Positions 47,452 through 57,597 of a stretch of DNA of 64,000 bases are shown in pieces. This stretch comes from Thermoproteota archaeon (GTDB lineage Archaea; Korarchaeota; Korarchaeia; Korarchaeales; JAOZGB01). Positions within the stretch are counted from its first letter, which is position 1. Each line of letters starts with the position of its first letter. Location of the stretch: assembly GCA_037917685.1 (NCBI GenBank), contig JAVCBU010000006.1, positions 96,001 through 160,000 on the forward strand. The letters are read 5' to 3'. The notes under the pieces were generated by a model, which was not told the DNA's origin, did not search any database, and saw only the letters and a program-made list of their open reading frames with translations. Made by a program: the position numbers and the translations under genes.

Positions 47452-49171
47452 TTCTCCACCATTTGTTGAATATTTCAGCGATATCTCGGTTTGTCGGGTT
47501 TCCCTTTAGACGTAAGAGCTCATTTACTAATTGTTTACATTTGTTATCTTGATAGGCGTTATGAATTTTTGAAACTCTCCGATAAACTCTGCCCTTCCCA
47601 TCAACAGTTTTCTTAATTCCAATGCTTACGATTTCGTCTCCAATGGTTAACTTCCAAGCTTTAAACTTTGATAATAGGCTTTTGTAACTTAGTGAATGTA
47701 TCGTTGCGATCGTTTGTATCCCGGAATCAACGCTGAAGGTGAATGCTAAGGCGTGCTCCCTAGTTAATATCTCACCAAAGAATATAAGATCAGGATTTCT
47801 ATGAAGTAAGATCGTCAATATGTCGGATCTGTCTCCTGTCAGCGAGAATCTTTGGAATATTTTACCATTTTCGCTTTGATCTTCAATTTCATAGACATCT
47901 TCTATTGATAATATCCTCCAGCTTGGGTTTGTCAACGATAATATAGCATTTCCAAGAGTGGTCTTTCCGCACCCTGTCGGGCCATATATGATGAGGCTTC
48001 TCCGTCTAATCAGGGAGGCAATTATTTTCGCTGCTTGGTCTATATCCATCATTCCCAGCTTGATTAATTTGTGTATTGAAAGCTGTTTTATAGACATCAA
48101 GTTCCTAATGTTTATGCTTTCATATGACACCGGTGGGATGTCCACGCCCAGTCTGACATGATATATTGGAGATCTCAATTCTATTTTAACAGAAGGCTCT
48201 TCTACGTTGATTTTCCTGTTGCCTTGGATCTGTATCAATGTGATGATCTTTTCGAAGGTTTCGTTGTCTAATATGATGTTAGAAGTGCATCTACCATATT
48301 TTATGTGATCGAAGTAAATATTGCTATTTATGGTTCCATAAGATTCTGTGATGTTTGGATTAACGAAGAAAGGATATAATTTGTAAAGTTTCGTGGTCTT
48401 TATGGAAAGTTCGAAGGCTAATTCTTGTTTCTCATCATCGGGTATATTTGGGTTCATTAAAATAATCATTTCCTTTGCCTTCATTTCTCTAAGTTTTATA
48501 ATGTCATAAAGAGTTTCTTCTATATTATAACCGCCGATGTTTTTAATTCTATTAAATATGTTTCTTATATTTTTATCCTTAATTGTTTGACTTAACCATC
48601 TTATTTTACATATGGGTCCGTCCTCGGTCATATAAAAAGTGTAAATTACTCCCTTATATCTCTCTTCCCCCATTAATATTGATTCTTTACCCTTTTTATC
48701 TTCCTTTTTTCTGAATTTAACTAATGGTTTAGTTGCATTAACGTACATGCCTTTCAGAAATTTTTCATCGAACTCGTTTTCAAGGTTTTTTCTGATTTTT
48801 GATAAAATAATCCCAAATACACATCTTTTACAGTTATATTTTTCTAAAAATTTATACATAATTTTAGGATTGATGTAGATTTTTAAATATTCTCCACTTA
48901 TGCGATTTGTTATTTTCTTACACTTCGCACATTTTTCTATTCTGTTTATTTTGCTTGGGCTTATAGGTCTAACTGTATTTATATACTTTCTGAATATCGT
49001 TAAATCTTCGAACTTATATGTTGCTTCGCTGTTCTTAATAATTATGTTCGTAATTTTAGACTGTTTGTTAGCTATTAATATTCTTAGTATACAACTGAAA
49101 CATGAGTCTGGGTCTTTTTCGCATTCGCAGTGAATTTCCGCATTGCCTCCTAGAATAGTGACGCTTTCCAT
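47438..49171 (-). CDS. VirB11/TadA/FlaI-family assembly ATPase with a Cys-rich N-terminus
   Basis: GPTGCGKTT, SIEDVYEI Asp box, LHRNPDLIFFGEI, ATIHS. Confidence 0.88.
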   Translation of the reverse strand: MESVTILGGNAEIHCECEKDPDSCFSCILRILIANKQSKITNIIIKNSEATYKFEDLTIFRKYINTVRPISPSKINRIEKCAKCKKITNRISGEYLKIYINPKIMYKFLEKYNCKRCVFGIILSKIRKNLENEFDEKFLKGMYVNATKPLVKFRKKEDKKGKESILMGEERYKGVIYTFYMTEDGPICKIRWLSQTIKDKNIRNIFNRIKNIGGYNIEETLYDIIKLREMKAKEMIILMNPNIPDDEKQELAFELSIKTTKLYKLYPFFVNPNITESYGTINSNIYFDHIKYGRCTSNIILDNETFEKIITLIQIQGNRKINVEEPSVKIELRSPIYHVRLGVDIPPVSYESINIRNLMSIKQLSIHKLIKLGMMDIDQAAKIIASLIRRRSLIIYGPTGCGKTTLGNAILSLTNPSWRILSIEDVYEIEDQSENGKIFQRFSLTGDRSDILTILLHRNPDLIFFGEILTREHALAFTFSVDSGIQTIATIHSLSYKSLLSKFKAWKLTIGDEIVSIGIKKTVDGKGRVYRRVSKIHNAYQDNKCKQLVNELLRLKGNPTNRDIAEIFNKWWRNGIF

Positions 49172-49213
49172 GGTTCAATAATGTCTTAGTAAGATTATGC
49201 GATTTAAGTAGCT

Positions 49214-49474
49214 CTATAGCTCTTCGGTTTGGGTTATTGCGATAGCAAGTGATATCCACCTTATAAGGGAGTTAGTGGCAGCTCTTAGAGAGACTAGGTC
49301 CTTAGCATTGATCTCGAACTCTAAAGGATTGGTGTTGGCGATGTCAACTCTTCCCCGTTTTTTTATGTCGCCGATTTCAGGTTTAACAGCTTTCAGGATT
49401 ACTTTTGAAATTTCTTTTGAAAGATTTACTCTAAGCCTGCAACTATATGGAAACTCGTTACTCAATAAGATCAA
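49214..49474 (-). CDS. pcc1: KEOPS complex subunit Pcc1
   Basis: KAVKPE, INAKDLVSLRAATNSLIRWI. Confidence 0.88.
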   Translation of the reverse strand: MILLSNEFPYSCRLRVNLSKEISKVILKAVKPEIGDIKKRGRVDIANTNPLEFEINAKDLVSLRAATNSLIRWISLAIAITQTEEL

Positions 49475-50009
49475 CCTCTACTCTAGGCCCAAGTTCGAAA
49501 AAGGGTTCAATGTGATAGAAATCTATCATAAAGCCATTTTCGAGCGGTAAGATTAGAAGGGCACAGTCGCATTCATCATAATATCTAGATATCTCCTCTA
49601 AAGAGCTTATATCCCTAAACCTATCAAGATTTAAACCCTCTTGGAGATATCTTGCAACACCATACCCGGATTCGCTTGCCAAATTGAAAAGACATAATGA
49701 ATGCATCGTAGGAGCCCTTCTCTTCGTGATTTCTCTTCGGAGAGTAGTGCGAGTAATCTTTAACTCACCCTTAGTATATTCAAAGCTGTCCGGTGACACT
49801 TTAAGGAATTTGATAGTTGATGGCTTCCCTCCTTTACTTCCAATGAGCATTACTCTATCGTACCCCATCCCGACAGCGATTTTCTGTAGATCCTTAATGC
49901 TTTTCTTTCCCCTGTTCATCCTTGCGGAATGCGGAATAACTCGACTTAAGTCTTTTATCAATGATCTCGTTCTTTGAGCAGGTCTTCGGGAACTCACTAT
50001 TAGGATCAT
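49458..50009 (-). CDS. Brix/Imp4-domain ribosome biogenesis protein
   Basis: SSRRPAQRTRSLIKDL, NRGKKS, GGKP. Confidence 0.88.
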   Translation of the reverse strand: MILIVSSRRPAQRTRSLIKDLSRVIPHSARMNRGKKSIKDLQKIAVGMGYDRVMLIGSKGGKPSTIKFLKVSPDSFEYTKGELKITRTTLRREITKRRAPTMHSLCLFNLASESGYGVARYLQEGLNLDRFRDISSLEEISRYYDECDCALLILPLENGFMIDFYHIEPFFELGPRVEVDLIE

Positions 50010-50013
50010 CTAA

Positions 50014-50214
50014 CTAAGGCCTCCACGCTGCCCCCGTAAATACAACACCACATTTTCTACAGCGCCATATCCCGAGTTTAACGTTTTTCACGGCTTTAAC
50101 TCCACATTTTGGGCATACATAGGTAGACTTCTGCATTCTCTTTATCTTCTCATATCTTTTCCTTATTTTTCGGCCATATCTAGCAGACCTTATTTTAACT
50201 GGCACCGCTATCAC
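50014..50214 (-). CDS. rpl37ae: 50S ribosomal protein L37ae (eL43)
   Basis: RYGRKIRK, CPKC, GIWRCRKC, TGAAW. Confidence 0.95.
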   Translation of the reverse strand: MIAVPVKIRSARYGRKIRKRYEKIKRMQKSTYVCPKCGVKAVKNVKLGIWRCRKCGVVFTGAAWRP

Positions 50215-51005
50215 CCATAATAAGTAGATAAGTGCTTATACTTACTTATAGCTAACTTTGCAGCTTCTTCTACTAATCCTATGGATAATGAGCTGGGTCC
50301 CTTCTGTATCGCGCAAATCCTGCCATCTTCTTTTACCCCGAAAGTTATCCTTCCATCAGCTACTTGTTCTTCTTCTAAATTTGGATCGACGACGAGTTTT
50401 TCCCCTATTTTAACCATTGTTACAGTAGCTGGTTTAGATTTAAGTTCCAGTTTAAACCTCTCATTGGGGTCGGCAGAGATGTTTCCCTCCTCATCTACGT
50501 GGACCACAGGTATAGTAGTCTTCGATAAGGCGCCGACTGCGGATAGGGTAGCTGCGTCGAAGAGATTTCCATCATAATCAAGAACATAAATATCAATAAA
50601 CAAGATGTAAACAAGTTCCCCAGGCTTTATAACAAGTTTTTTCAGGTCTATGGCCTCAGCACTTCGTATAGTCCTATCAACTACCCTGGCTATTTCTATT
50701 GACTCAGGCCCTGGCGGCCCGGGCTCAAATGTTGGTGATGCAAGAGGCAATAGCTCTACGTTAACGACAAAAACGCCCTTATCAGGTGTGTCAGGGTAGG
50801 GTGGACCTACATCAACTTTAACACCGGTTATAACTTGAGTTTTCCCGAGCTTAACCCAGCATTCTCCGTCGCCATGGGTAGCTGTTTCACTTATTATCTC
50901 TATATCCCTATAATCGTGAAGCCCTCTTCCGTCTCTTCTTATCCCCCTTTCGACTAGTGCGTTTATGTGGTCCTTTAAAAGTAGTTCAACTATTTTCTTA
51001 CTCAT
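50211..51005 (-). CDS. rrp42: Exosome subunit Rrp42
   Basis: RRDGRGLHDYR, PYPDTPDKG, FEPGPP, DYDGNLFDA. Confidence 0.95.
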   Translation of the reverse strand: MSKKIVELLLKDHINALVERGIRRDGRGLHDYRDIEIISETATHGDGECWVKLGKTQVITGVKVDVGPPYPDTPDKGVFVVNVELLPLASPTFEPGPPGPESIEIARVVDRTIRSAEAIDLKKLVIKPGELVYILFIDIYVLDYDGNLFDAATLSAVGALSKTTIPVVHVDEEGNISADPNERFKLELKSKPATVTMVKIGEKLVVDPNLEEEQVADGRITFGVKEDGRICAIQKGPSSLSIGLVEEAAKLAISKYKHLSTYYG

Positions 51006-51756
51006 TAATTTCACCTTCTAACCTAAGCTTCTCATATTTTTCGATAATCGCTTTCTTCTGTAGTTCGTATACTTGCTTGCACCCCTCATATGCGAGTTTT
51101 AAAGCTCGCTGGAATTCATCAAATGTGTACTGCCCATCAGCTTGTAAAAGCGTGATTTCACCTGTTTCCATGAAAAATGCTACTGGCATATCACCATCCC
51201 CCCACATGTCTTCCTCATGTCCAGGATCTAGAATTATGAAGTCTCCCACTTTACCTACGCTGCAACCTGTCACAAGGCCTCTTATTGGTATACCTGCGTC
51301 TGCAAGAGCCACGGACGCGCCTGTAATACCTGCTACTCTAGTTCCAGCATCTGATCTTAAAACTTCTACAAAAATATCAATCGCGGTTCCACCAAACATT
51401 TCTTTAAATATTACAGGTTTTAAAGCTTCCTCAATAACTGTTGAGAGTTCTATGCTTCTTCTATCTGGACCAGGCTTCTTTCTATCAGTTGATGGGGAAA
51501 AAGGCGCCATGTCATAACGGCATCTAACTAAAGCTTCATGGGGTATAGCTTGGTGTCTTGGATGTGCAGCTCTCGGGCCATACACAGCTACTAGAATCCT
51601 ATTTCCACCCCATTTTACGTATGCTGAGCCATCAGCTCTTTCCAAAACACCAACCTTAATTTCGATGGGCCTAAGTTCTTCAGGCTTTCTACCATCTATT
51701 CGGGTACCATCCTCACTTATGAGCTTCTCAGGCTTCTTTTCCACGAATATTTGCAT
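50998..51756 (-). CDS. rrp41: Exosome subunit Rrp41
   Basis: RIDGRKPEELRP, ADGSAY, PGPDRRSIE, DAGTR. Confidence 0.96.
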   Translation of the reverse strand: MQIFVEKKPEKLISEDGTRIDGRKPEELRPIEIKVGVLERADGSAYVKWGGNRILVAVYGPRAAHPRHQAIPHEALVRCRYDMAPFSPSTDRKKPGPDRRSIELSTVIEEALKPVIFKEMFGGTAIDIFVEVLRSDAGTRVAGITGASVALADAGIPIRGLVTGCSVGKVGDFIILDPGHEEDMWGDGDMPVAFFMETGEITLLQADGQYTFDEFQRALKLAYEGCKQVYELQKKAIIEKYEKLRLEGEINE

Positions 51757-52414
51757 TCTTAACACCTTTCTCTAACATATTTCTTATTTTATCACTCAAA
51801 CCTGAAATATGCGCTTCTCTTTCGATTTTTCTCAAGGCTTCTTCTATAAGTCTGAGTTTAGCGGGATCCTTACTGTAAACGATCACCTTTCCATTTTGAC
51901 CGACTTCTATCCCACATCCAACTATTTCTTTCATCATATTTATCATAGATCCCTTACGTCCTATTATCCTAGGAATTTTCATAGGCTCTACATCAAATAT
52001 TACTGCATTCTGCACTTTGCCAAGCTTTGGGCCACGAATCGTTAGTATAGGGTGGGAGATTCCATCGAAGCTTTTTATTCTAGCCTTTACTGTATCTCCT
52101 ATTTTAATCCTTGTTCTACCTTTTATAGGCAATATACCCGGCATCGGAGACTTTATATCGAGGAGTAGATGCCGACTATCCGCATCTATAACCTTTCCAA
52201 CTATGATGTCTCCAACTCTTGGGAAATACCCCCCTCTCAACGGTATTATTGAAACAGAATCTTCCTTAATCGAAGCAAGGCCTATTTTCATAGATCTAAG
52301 TTTGCTCCCATCCTTATAAACATGTGGACCTGCCTTTAAAGGTCCTTCTGCCAAGACTTGACCTGGTAATACAAGTTGTCTATCCTTTACGAAGACTTTA
52401 ACTTTCTGACTCAT
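51728..52414 (-). CDS. rrp4: Exosome subunit Rrp4
   Basis: VLPGQVL, YFPRVGDIIVGKV, PRIIGRKGSMI, EREAHISGL. Confidence 0.94.
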   Translation of the reverse strand: MSQKVKVFVKDRQLVLPGQVLAEGPLKAGPHVYKDGSKLRSMKIGLASIKEDSVSIIPLRGGYFPRVGDIIVGKVIDADSRHLLLDIKSPMPGILPIKGRTRIKIGDTVKARIKSFDGISHPILTIRGPKLGKVQNAVIFDVEPMKIPRIIGRKGSMINMMKEIVGCGIEVGQNGKVIVYSKDPAKLRLIEEALRKIEREAHISGLSDKIRNMLEKGVKNANIRGKEA

Positions 52415-53091
52415 TTTGTAGGTCTCGCCTCCCATTTCATATTTTCCATTCTTGATAAAAACTCCGCTTGTAATCCTACAGGTATTTCAACAGTGATACT
52501 TGCCTGATTGCCTAGAGCCTTTTCTTCTTTTATTTTACCATAGTCTCCCAGGACACCTCTAGCCTTCCCCCAATGTGCTACGGGAACTGTGACGATGAAC
52601 GTTACTGTTCCGGTTTTCAAAGGTATTATCGGCCTTAGAGCAGAGATAATCCTATCTATTTGCCTCTCTACAGGCTCAAAGGGGTCTATCTTAACATTTG
52701 CCTCTCTCATCGCCCGCTCAATTCTACTCTTCGGATGTGGGGCTTTCGTCGTTGGATTTATGAAATTCTTATGGATGTACTCGATTATTCTAGCTCGTTT
52801 CTCCCTGATCAACTTCTCTCGTCTCTCAGCGGTTATTTGTATCTTTCCTTTTTCTATCATCTCTTTAACTATTTCTCTAATGTCATCAGTCCCGAAAACC
52901 TCTATCAACTCTTTCCTAGACGCAACTTCCCCCCTTCTGGCATCTCGAAATACAGATTCAACCGCTAGAAGATCTAGGGGGTCACCTTTTAACGTCTCAA
53001 GGTAGCGATAAGTCTCTTCAGGCTTTACGAGAATTTCAAAAGAAGATTTGCTCCTACCCTTTGAGTATCTGACTATTATCGGCTTGCTCAT
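52411..53091 (-). CDS. Ribosome maturation protein SBDS/SDO1
   Basis: FEILV, VFRDARRGE, INPTTKAPHP..RIERAM. Confidence 0.93.
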   Translation of the reverse strand: MSKPIIVRYSKGRSKSSFEILVKPEETYRYLETLKGDPLDLLAVESVFRDARRGEVASRKELIEVFGTDDIREIVKEMIEKGKIQITAERREKLIREKRARIIEYIHKNFINPTTKAPHPKSRIERAMREANVKIDPFEPVERQIDRIISALRPIIPLKTGTVTFIVTVPVAHWGKARGVLGDYGKIKEEKALGNQASITVEIPVGLQAEFLSRMENMKWEARPTK

Positions 53092-53092
53092 C

Positions 53093-53806
53093 TTATCCCT
53101 CCACTTTGGAGATAAAATTCTCTACCTCTCCTTCTCCCAACTTTTTAAACTTCTTATCAACCATGGAGATGATGGCTATCTCTATTCTATCTGGTGTCGG
53201 TTTCTCTCCCGTTGCTACTTGTACAGCCTTGATGCCTAGGACTATCGCGTCTTCCAATTTTAATTCTTCCTTATAGTTTTCTTTGAAAAATTCTATCGCT
53301 TTCTCCTTTCCCTCGCCAACGACTGCTACCTTGTAGGAGAAATAGGCGCCTCCCGGATGCGTCTGGAATAATTGAGGCTTATCATCAACTCCTCCTATTA
53401 TTATCATTACACCAAATGGTCTAGATCCAGCATATAAGGTATGTAATTGTTTATACTCAGCTATCTTCTTTGTTAGATACTTTACAGGCGGAATGTCATT
53501 ATATGTCAGTCTGAAAATCTGAGCATCCAGCCTACATCTATCGATAAGCACCATACCGTCTCCCATGAGCCCAGCAGCTATGGCTCCGACGTGTTCGTCT
53601 ACCTTGCTTATCTTCTCAGTAGGATCCGTCAGAGGAGACACGATCATTCTTAATGCCATTAGGACAACTCCGTCTTTACACCTTATCCCAATAGCTATCG
53701 GTGTCTGCTTTGTGGCTGTTACAGCATATTCAACTTGTAGTAATCGTCCTTCCGGGTTAAATACTGTTATCGCCCGGTCATAAGCTCCTGTCATTTGGGG
53801 AAACAT
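53093..53806 (-). CDS. psmA: Proteasome alpha subunit
   Basis: YDRAITVFNPEGRLLQVEYA, RPFGV. Confidence 0.96.
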   Translation of the reverse strand: MFPQMTGAYDRAITVFNPEGRLLQVEYAVTATKQTPIAIGIRCKDGVVLMALRMIVSPLTDPTEKISKVDEHVGAIAAGLMGDGMVLIDRCRLDAQIFRLTYNDIPPVKYLTKKIAEYKQLHTLYAGSRPFGVMIIIGGVDDKPQLFQTHPGGAYFSYKVAVVGEGKEKAIEFFKENYKEELKLEDAIVLGIKAVQVATGEKPTPDRIEIAIISMVDKKFKKLGEGEVENFISKVEG

Positions 53807-53816
53807 ATACTCACCA

Positions 53817-54146
53817 CTACAGATGGTTTGGTTTCTTAACACCCTTAAATGTTCCGGAAATTTTAACTATATGGATTGCTACATCCTTATCTCCGATAGA
53901 ACTTATAAGTCCTATGGTTGAAAGTAAGATATCTATTGACTTATGATCTGTAGCAATTACCCCCTCCTTACCATTAAACTCTACCATTCTCTTGTAACAT
54001 TGACTTGACCCCACAATCCCCCATAATCTAACAATTGATTTTGAAATCTCCCTCATAATATCCTCTCCTCGCACTTCACCGCCATATACCCTAAACCTAA
54101 CATATCTTCTCCTTCTTTTCAGATCTACTGGGATTCTAACTTTCAT
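53817..54146 (-). CDS. rnp2: RNase P protein Pop5/Rpp14
   Basis: RRRYVRF, LWG, ISGTFKG. Confidence 0.88.
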   Translation of the reverse strand: MKVRIPVDLKRRRRYVRFRVYGGEVRGEDIMREISKSIVRLWGIVGSSQCYKRMVEFNGKEGVIATDHKSIDILLSTIGLISSIGDKDVAIHIVKISGTFKGVKKPNHL

Positions 54147-54802
54147 TATTCTCCTCCGATCAATTTTTCAGCAAAGCTGCTTATACTATTTAACGCGTAA
54201 ATCTTGGGTAAACCAAGCACGTTTGAAGCTATCGATGCAGATGTTAACGGATCTCTAACTTGAAATATGCTTTTCGCCCCACTTGCAATTATAATCGGCA
54301 CTTTAGATTTTCTAGCTATTGACAATTCTAATCTTAAGACTCCTAATATTTTGTCAAATCCAGCTCGCCAAATATTTAAAAGATAAGATAGGTCCACTTC
54401 AACACACATTTCCCTCGTGTAAGCTTGCTCAGCTGCTACCTTATCAAATACTATCGTACCAGTGGGAGGTAGGATTATTGCGTCAAACACGTCTATTTTT
54501 GTGGCTTTCCTGCATTGTTCAAGGCTGTTAGGCGAGACTGCTAGGTAGTTTACCTTTTTACGCATTTCAACTGCTTTCTTATACCAGTTATTTGATGTCA
54601 TGTCAACAACATAGGTTAATCCGAAGTCTACGTCTGCTTTTTTACATTTCGAGTCAATATCTATTGTAAAGCAATCCCAATCAATGGATAGTCCAACTTT
54701 TCTGTATCCCATTCCCCTTAGGAGCCTTAAAGTATCTAATAGTTCTCCCCTAGACTCTAAGTTTTTCACGTAAAGTCTGGCATCCACATACTTCCTAGGC
54801 AT
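54146..54802 (-). CDS. rnp3: RNase P protein Rpp30
   Basis: VPIIIASGAKSIFQVRDP; position between rpl15e and pop5. Confidence 0.85.
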   Translation of the reverse strand: MPRKYVDARLYVKNLESRGELLDTLRLLRGMGYRKVGLSIDWDCFTIDIDSKCKKADVDFGLTYVVDMTSNNWYKKAVEMRKKVNYLAVSPNSLEQCRKATKIDVFDAIILPPTGTIVFDKVAAEQAYTREMCVEVDLSYLLNIWRAGFDKILGVLRLELSIARKSKVPIIIASGAKSIFQVRDPLTSASIASNVLGLPKIYALNSISSFAEKLIGGE

Positions 54803-54811
54803 TTAGACACT

Positions 54812-55351
54812 CTACTTCTTAGGGAGTCCTCTTACCTTTCTAAGTCCCCGCCCCTTTTTCCCGGCGCTTGTGAGCCCTCTGAAAGCCCTTCCCTTATTGT
54901 TTGTAATCCAGTTTATTTTCGGATCGTTCTTTATTACTGGATGGTTTGGATCCACCAGTATTACCTCGTAGTACTTTCTCATGCCGTCTTCTGCAACATA
55001 ATACGAGTTTAAGACTTCTAGATTTGGATATTTTCTTGCTGCTTTTTCTTCAGCTATCCTCTGAAGGCTCTTTTTAGGCGTTATTTTGTTAACACCCATC
55101 CCAGCTGGTTTTCTACCGGCTCTAGGTCTAGGTTTTCTCCTTCCGCCCCTTCTGACTTTCACTCTTACCACGATGTATCCTTGTTTAGCCCTATATCCTA
55201 GCCTCCTGGCTCTATCTATCCTAGTTGGTTTTGGTATTCTAACCACTGAGGGCTGTTTCCTCCATTTAATCAATCTTTCCTTCCATATTTCCTTGAGTTC
55301 AGGTATTTTCATCCTCTGTCTCCATGCGTAGGTCTCCATGTACTTATACAA
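54812..55351 (-). CDS. rpl15e: 50S ribosomal protein L15e
   Basis: [34 protein letters not shown]. Confidence 0.97.
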   Translation of the reverse strand: MYKYMETYAWRQRMKIPELKEIWKERLIKWRKQPSVVRIPKPTRIDRARRLGYRAKQGYIVVRVKVRRGGRRKPRPRAGRKPAGMGVNKITPKKSLQRIAEEKAARKYPNLEVLNSYYVAEDGMRKYYEVILVDPNHPVIKNDPKINWITNNKGRAFRGLTSAGKKGRGLRKVRGLPKK

Positions 55352-55417
55352 CTGGGGTCAAAAGTATAGAGTCTTGCATGTTTAAATTTCTTTCCAACAA
55401 TGAAATATTAGATTCCC

Positions 55418-56611
55418 TTGCTGATCGGGATATGCGGTAAGACTAATGTAGGGAAGTCAACATTTTTTGCAGCTGCAACATTAGCGCCTGTTGAGATAGG
55501 AAATAGGCCTTTTGTCACTATAAAGCCTAACCAAGGCGTAGGATATGTTAGAGTACCTTCGGTTTGCTCTAAGCTTGGATTAAAGTGCCAGCCTAGGGAG
55601 GGCTTTTGTAATGGAAGGTACAGATATGTGCCTGTGAAATTGTTAGACGTTGCTGGTCTCGTAAGGGATGCACATAAAGGTAGGGGATTAGGCAATCAGT
55701 TCTTAGATGATCTGAGGCGGAGTGATGTAAACATAGTTGTAGTTGATGCTTCCGGTGGTACAGACGATGATGGTAACCCTGTGCCGTTAGGTACCCACGA
55801 TCCTGTGGAAGATGTTAAGATAGTTACCGAGGAGTTTACAGAATGGCTTGCTTCCATACTCGATAGACACTGGGATAAGATAGCTAGTCAAGCCAGAATA
55901 CGCCGTTTAAAAGTGGAAGATGTAATTTATCAAATACTAGCTGGGATGAACATTCATAAACACCAGATACTTAAGGCATTATCCAAAGTGCCCTTGTCGC
56001 TGAGTTCTAAGCCTGATACTAAAGAGTTACTAATGTTTTCGAAAGCTTTACTGTCAGTATCTAAACCCATAATAATTGCCGCTAATAAGATGGACATTCC
56101 CCAAGCAAGAAAGAACTATAAACTACTTATAGAGAAACTTAAACCTCTTCCAGTGATCCCTGTCTCAGCAGAAGCAGAACTTATCCTGAGAAAAGCGTCA
56201 GCCGCAGGTCTTATAGAGTACTATCCAGGCGACCCCACGTTTAAAATCGTAGAAAAAAGTAAACTTACCCCAGGTCAGAAAAAGGCTTTATCCATGGTTA
56301 AGGAATTTCTCTCCATATTCAGTACCACTGGAGTCCAGAAGTGTCTTGAAACAGCTGCATTTGACATTCTTAAGCTTAAAGCCGTTTTCCCGGTTGAAAA
56401 TGAATCCAAATATTCCGATAAGCAGGGAAATATACTTCCCGACGTCTATCTTCTATGGAAAGATTCTACTGTCAAGGACTTAGCTATGAAAATCCATACC
56501 GAACTCGGGAGGAAGGCTCTCTATGGCGTGGACGCTGAGACAAAGATGCGGATAGGGCTAGACGAGCCTCTTAAGCATTTACAAATAGTAAAAGTAGTTT
56601 CTACAGCCTAA
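55418..56611 (+). CDS. ychF: YchF/Obg-family GTPase
   Basis: GKTNVGKST, DVAGLV, GRGLGNQFLDDLR, ANKMD, TGS domain. Confidence 0.93.
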   Translation: MLIGICGKTNVGKSTFFAAATLAPVEIGNRPFVTIKPNQGVGYVRVPSVCSKLGLKCQPREGFCNGRYRYVPVKLLDVAGLVRDAHKGRGLGNQFLDDLRRSDVNIVVVDASGGTDDDGNPVPLGTHDPVEDVKIVTEEFTEWLASILDRHWDKIASQARIRRLKVEDVIYQILAGMNIHKHQILKALSKVPLSLSSKPDTKELLMFSKALLSVSKPIIIAANKMDIPQARKNYKLLIEKLKPLPVIPVSAEAELILRKASAAGLIEYYPGDPTFKIVEKSKLTPGQKKALSMVKEFLSIFSTTGVQKCLETAAFDILKLKAVFPVENESKYSDKQGNILPDVYLLWKDSTVKDLAMKIHTELGRKALYGVDAETKMRIGLDEPLKHLQIVKVVSTA

Positions 56612-57597
56612 ACTATGATTTTTGTCCCTGGAGGGAGCCTCGTGTCAGCTCCAATAACCAATGGGTCATCAACTTTACCAACAAGCTTGCTTTTATCCCC
56701 TAAAAGGCATCTGCAACCAATTATGGCATATTTAACATGTACCTTCCTCCCGATTTTGGTTGAACCCATGATTATGGAGTTTTCTATAATACTCTCCTCT
56801 TCTATCTCAACATTCTCAGATATAGTTGTATATCTATGTATGTGATTTGTAAAGACCTTTGCAGATCTGCTAATGTAGACCCCCTTTCCAGCCTCTTCTA
56901 AAATTATCCTATTAGCTCTAAGCAGCGAGTTTGGTCTTCCAACATCGATCCAAGGACGTCCAACATCAACGCATATTATTCTCTGCTTTTTACACATTAT
57001 ATTTATGGCATCTGTAAGTTCATATTCTCCTCTTGGTGATAACTTAACCATTTTAAGATAGCTCCAAATCGATTGGTCAAAAACAAAAATACCTGAAAGT
57101 ATTTTACGGCCATACCTTACGCTTGATGGTTTTTCTATTATACTAATTAGCCTGTCCCCTTTGGTTAGACATACTCCATAATTCCAAGGGTCAACAACCT
57201 CAGCTGTTCCAATTATAGGCTGGCCTTCTTTCGAAAAATAGGTTATAATTCTTTCGTATGTTTTGTCAGCGAATAGGTTATCAGCGTAAATTAACAGGAA
57301 CTCGGAATCGCCTATAAATTCTCTTCCAGCGTTTACTGCGTCGCTTGTGCCCGCAGGATAATCTTGCTTTATAAATTCGATATCTATATCGTTCCACTTT
57401 TGCCTAACATGTTTAACTACCAATTCAGAAAGATGATGAACTACAATACCTATCTCTTTTATCCCCTGTCTCAGAATGTTCTCTATATGTCGATCTAAAA
57501 GTGTGGTGGGCCCAAGAGGTATCAAATATTTTGGTGTAGTATGAGTTAAAGGCCTAAGCCTTTTACCTCTACCCGCTGCTAACAGCAATGCTTTCAA
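56608..57597 (-). CDS. Sugar-1-phosphate nucleotidyltransferase with a hexapeptide-repeat tail
   Basis: LLAAGRGKRLRPLT..PK, EKP, SPRGEYELTDAI, WIDVG. Confidence 0.9.
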   Translation of the reverse strand: MKALLLAAGRGKRLRPLTHTTPKYLIPLGPTTLLDRHIENILRQGIKEIGIVVHHLSELVVKHVRQKWNDIDIEFIKQDYPAGTSDAVNAGREFIGDSEFLLIYADNLFADKTYERIITYFSKEGQPIIGTAEVVDPWNYGVCLTKGDRLISIIEKPSSVRYGRKILSGIFVFDQSIWSYLKMVKLSPRGEYELTDAINIMCKKQRIICVDVGRPWIDVGRPNSLLRANRIILEEAGKGVYISRSAKVFTNHIHRYTTISENVEIEEESIIENSIIMGSTKIGRKVHVKYAIIGCRCLLGDKSKLVGKVDDPLVIGADTRLPPGTKIIV

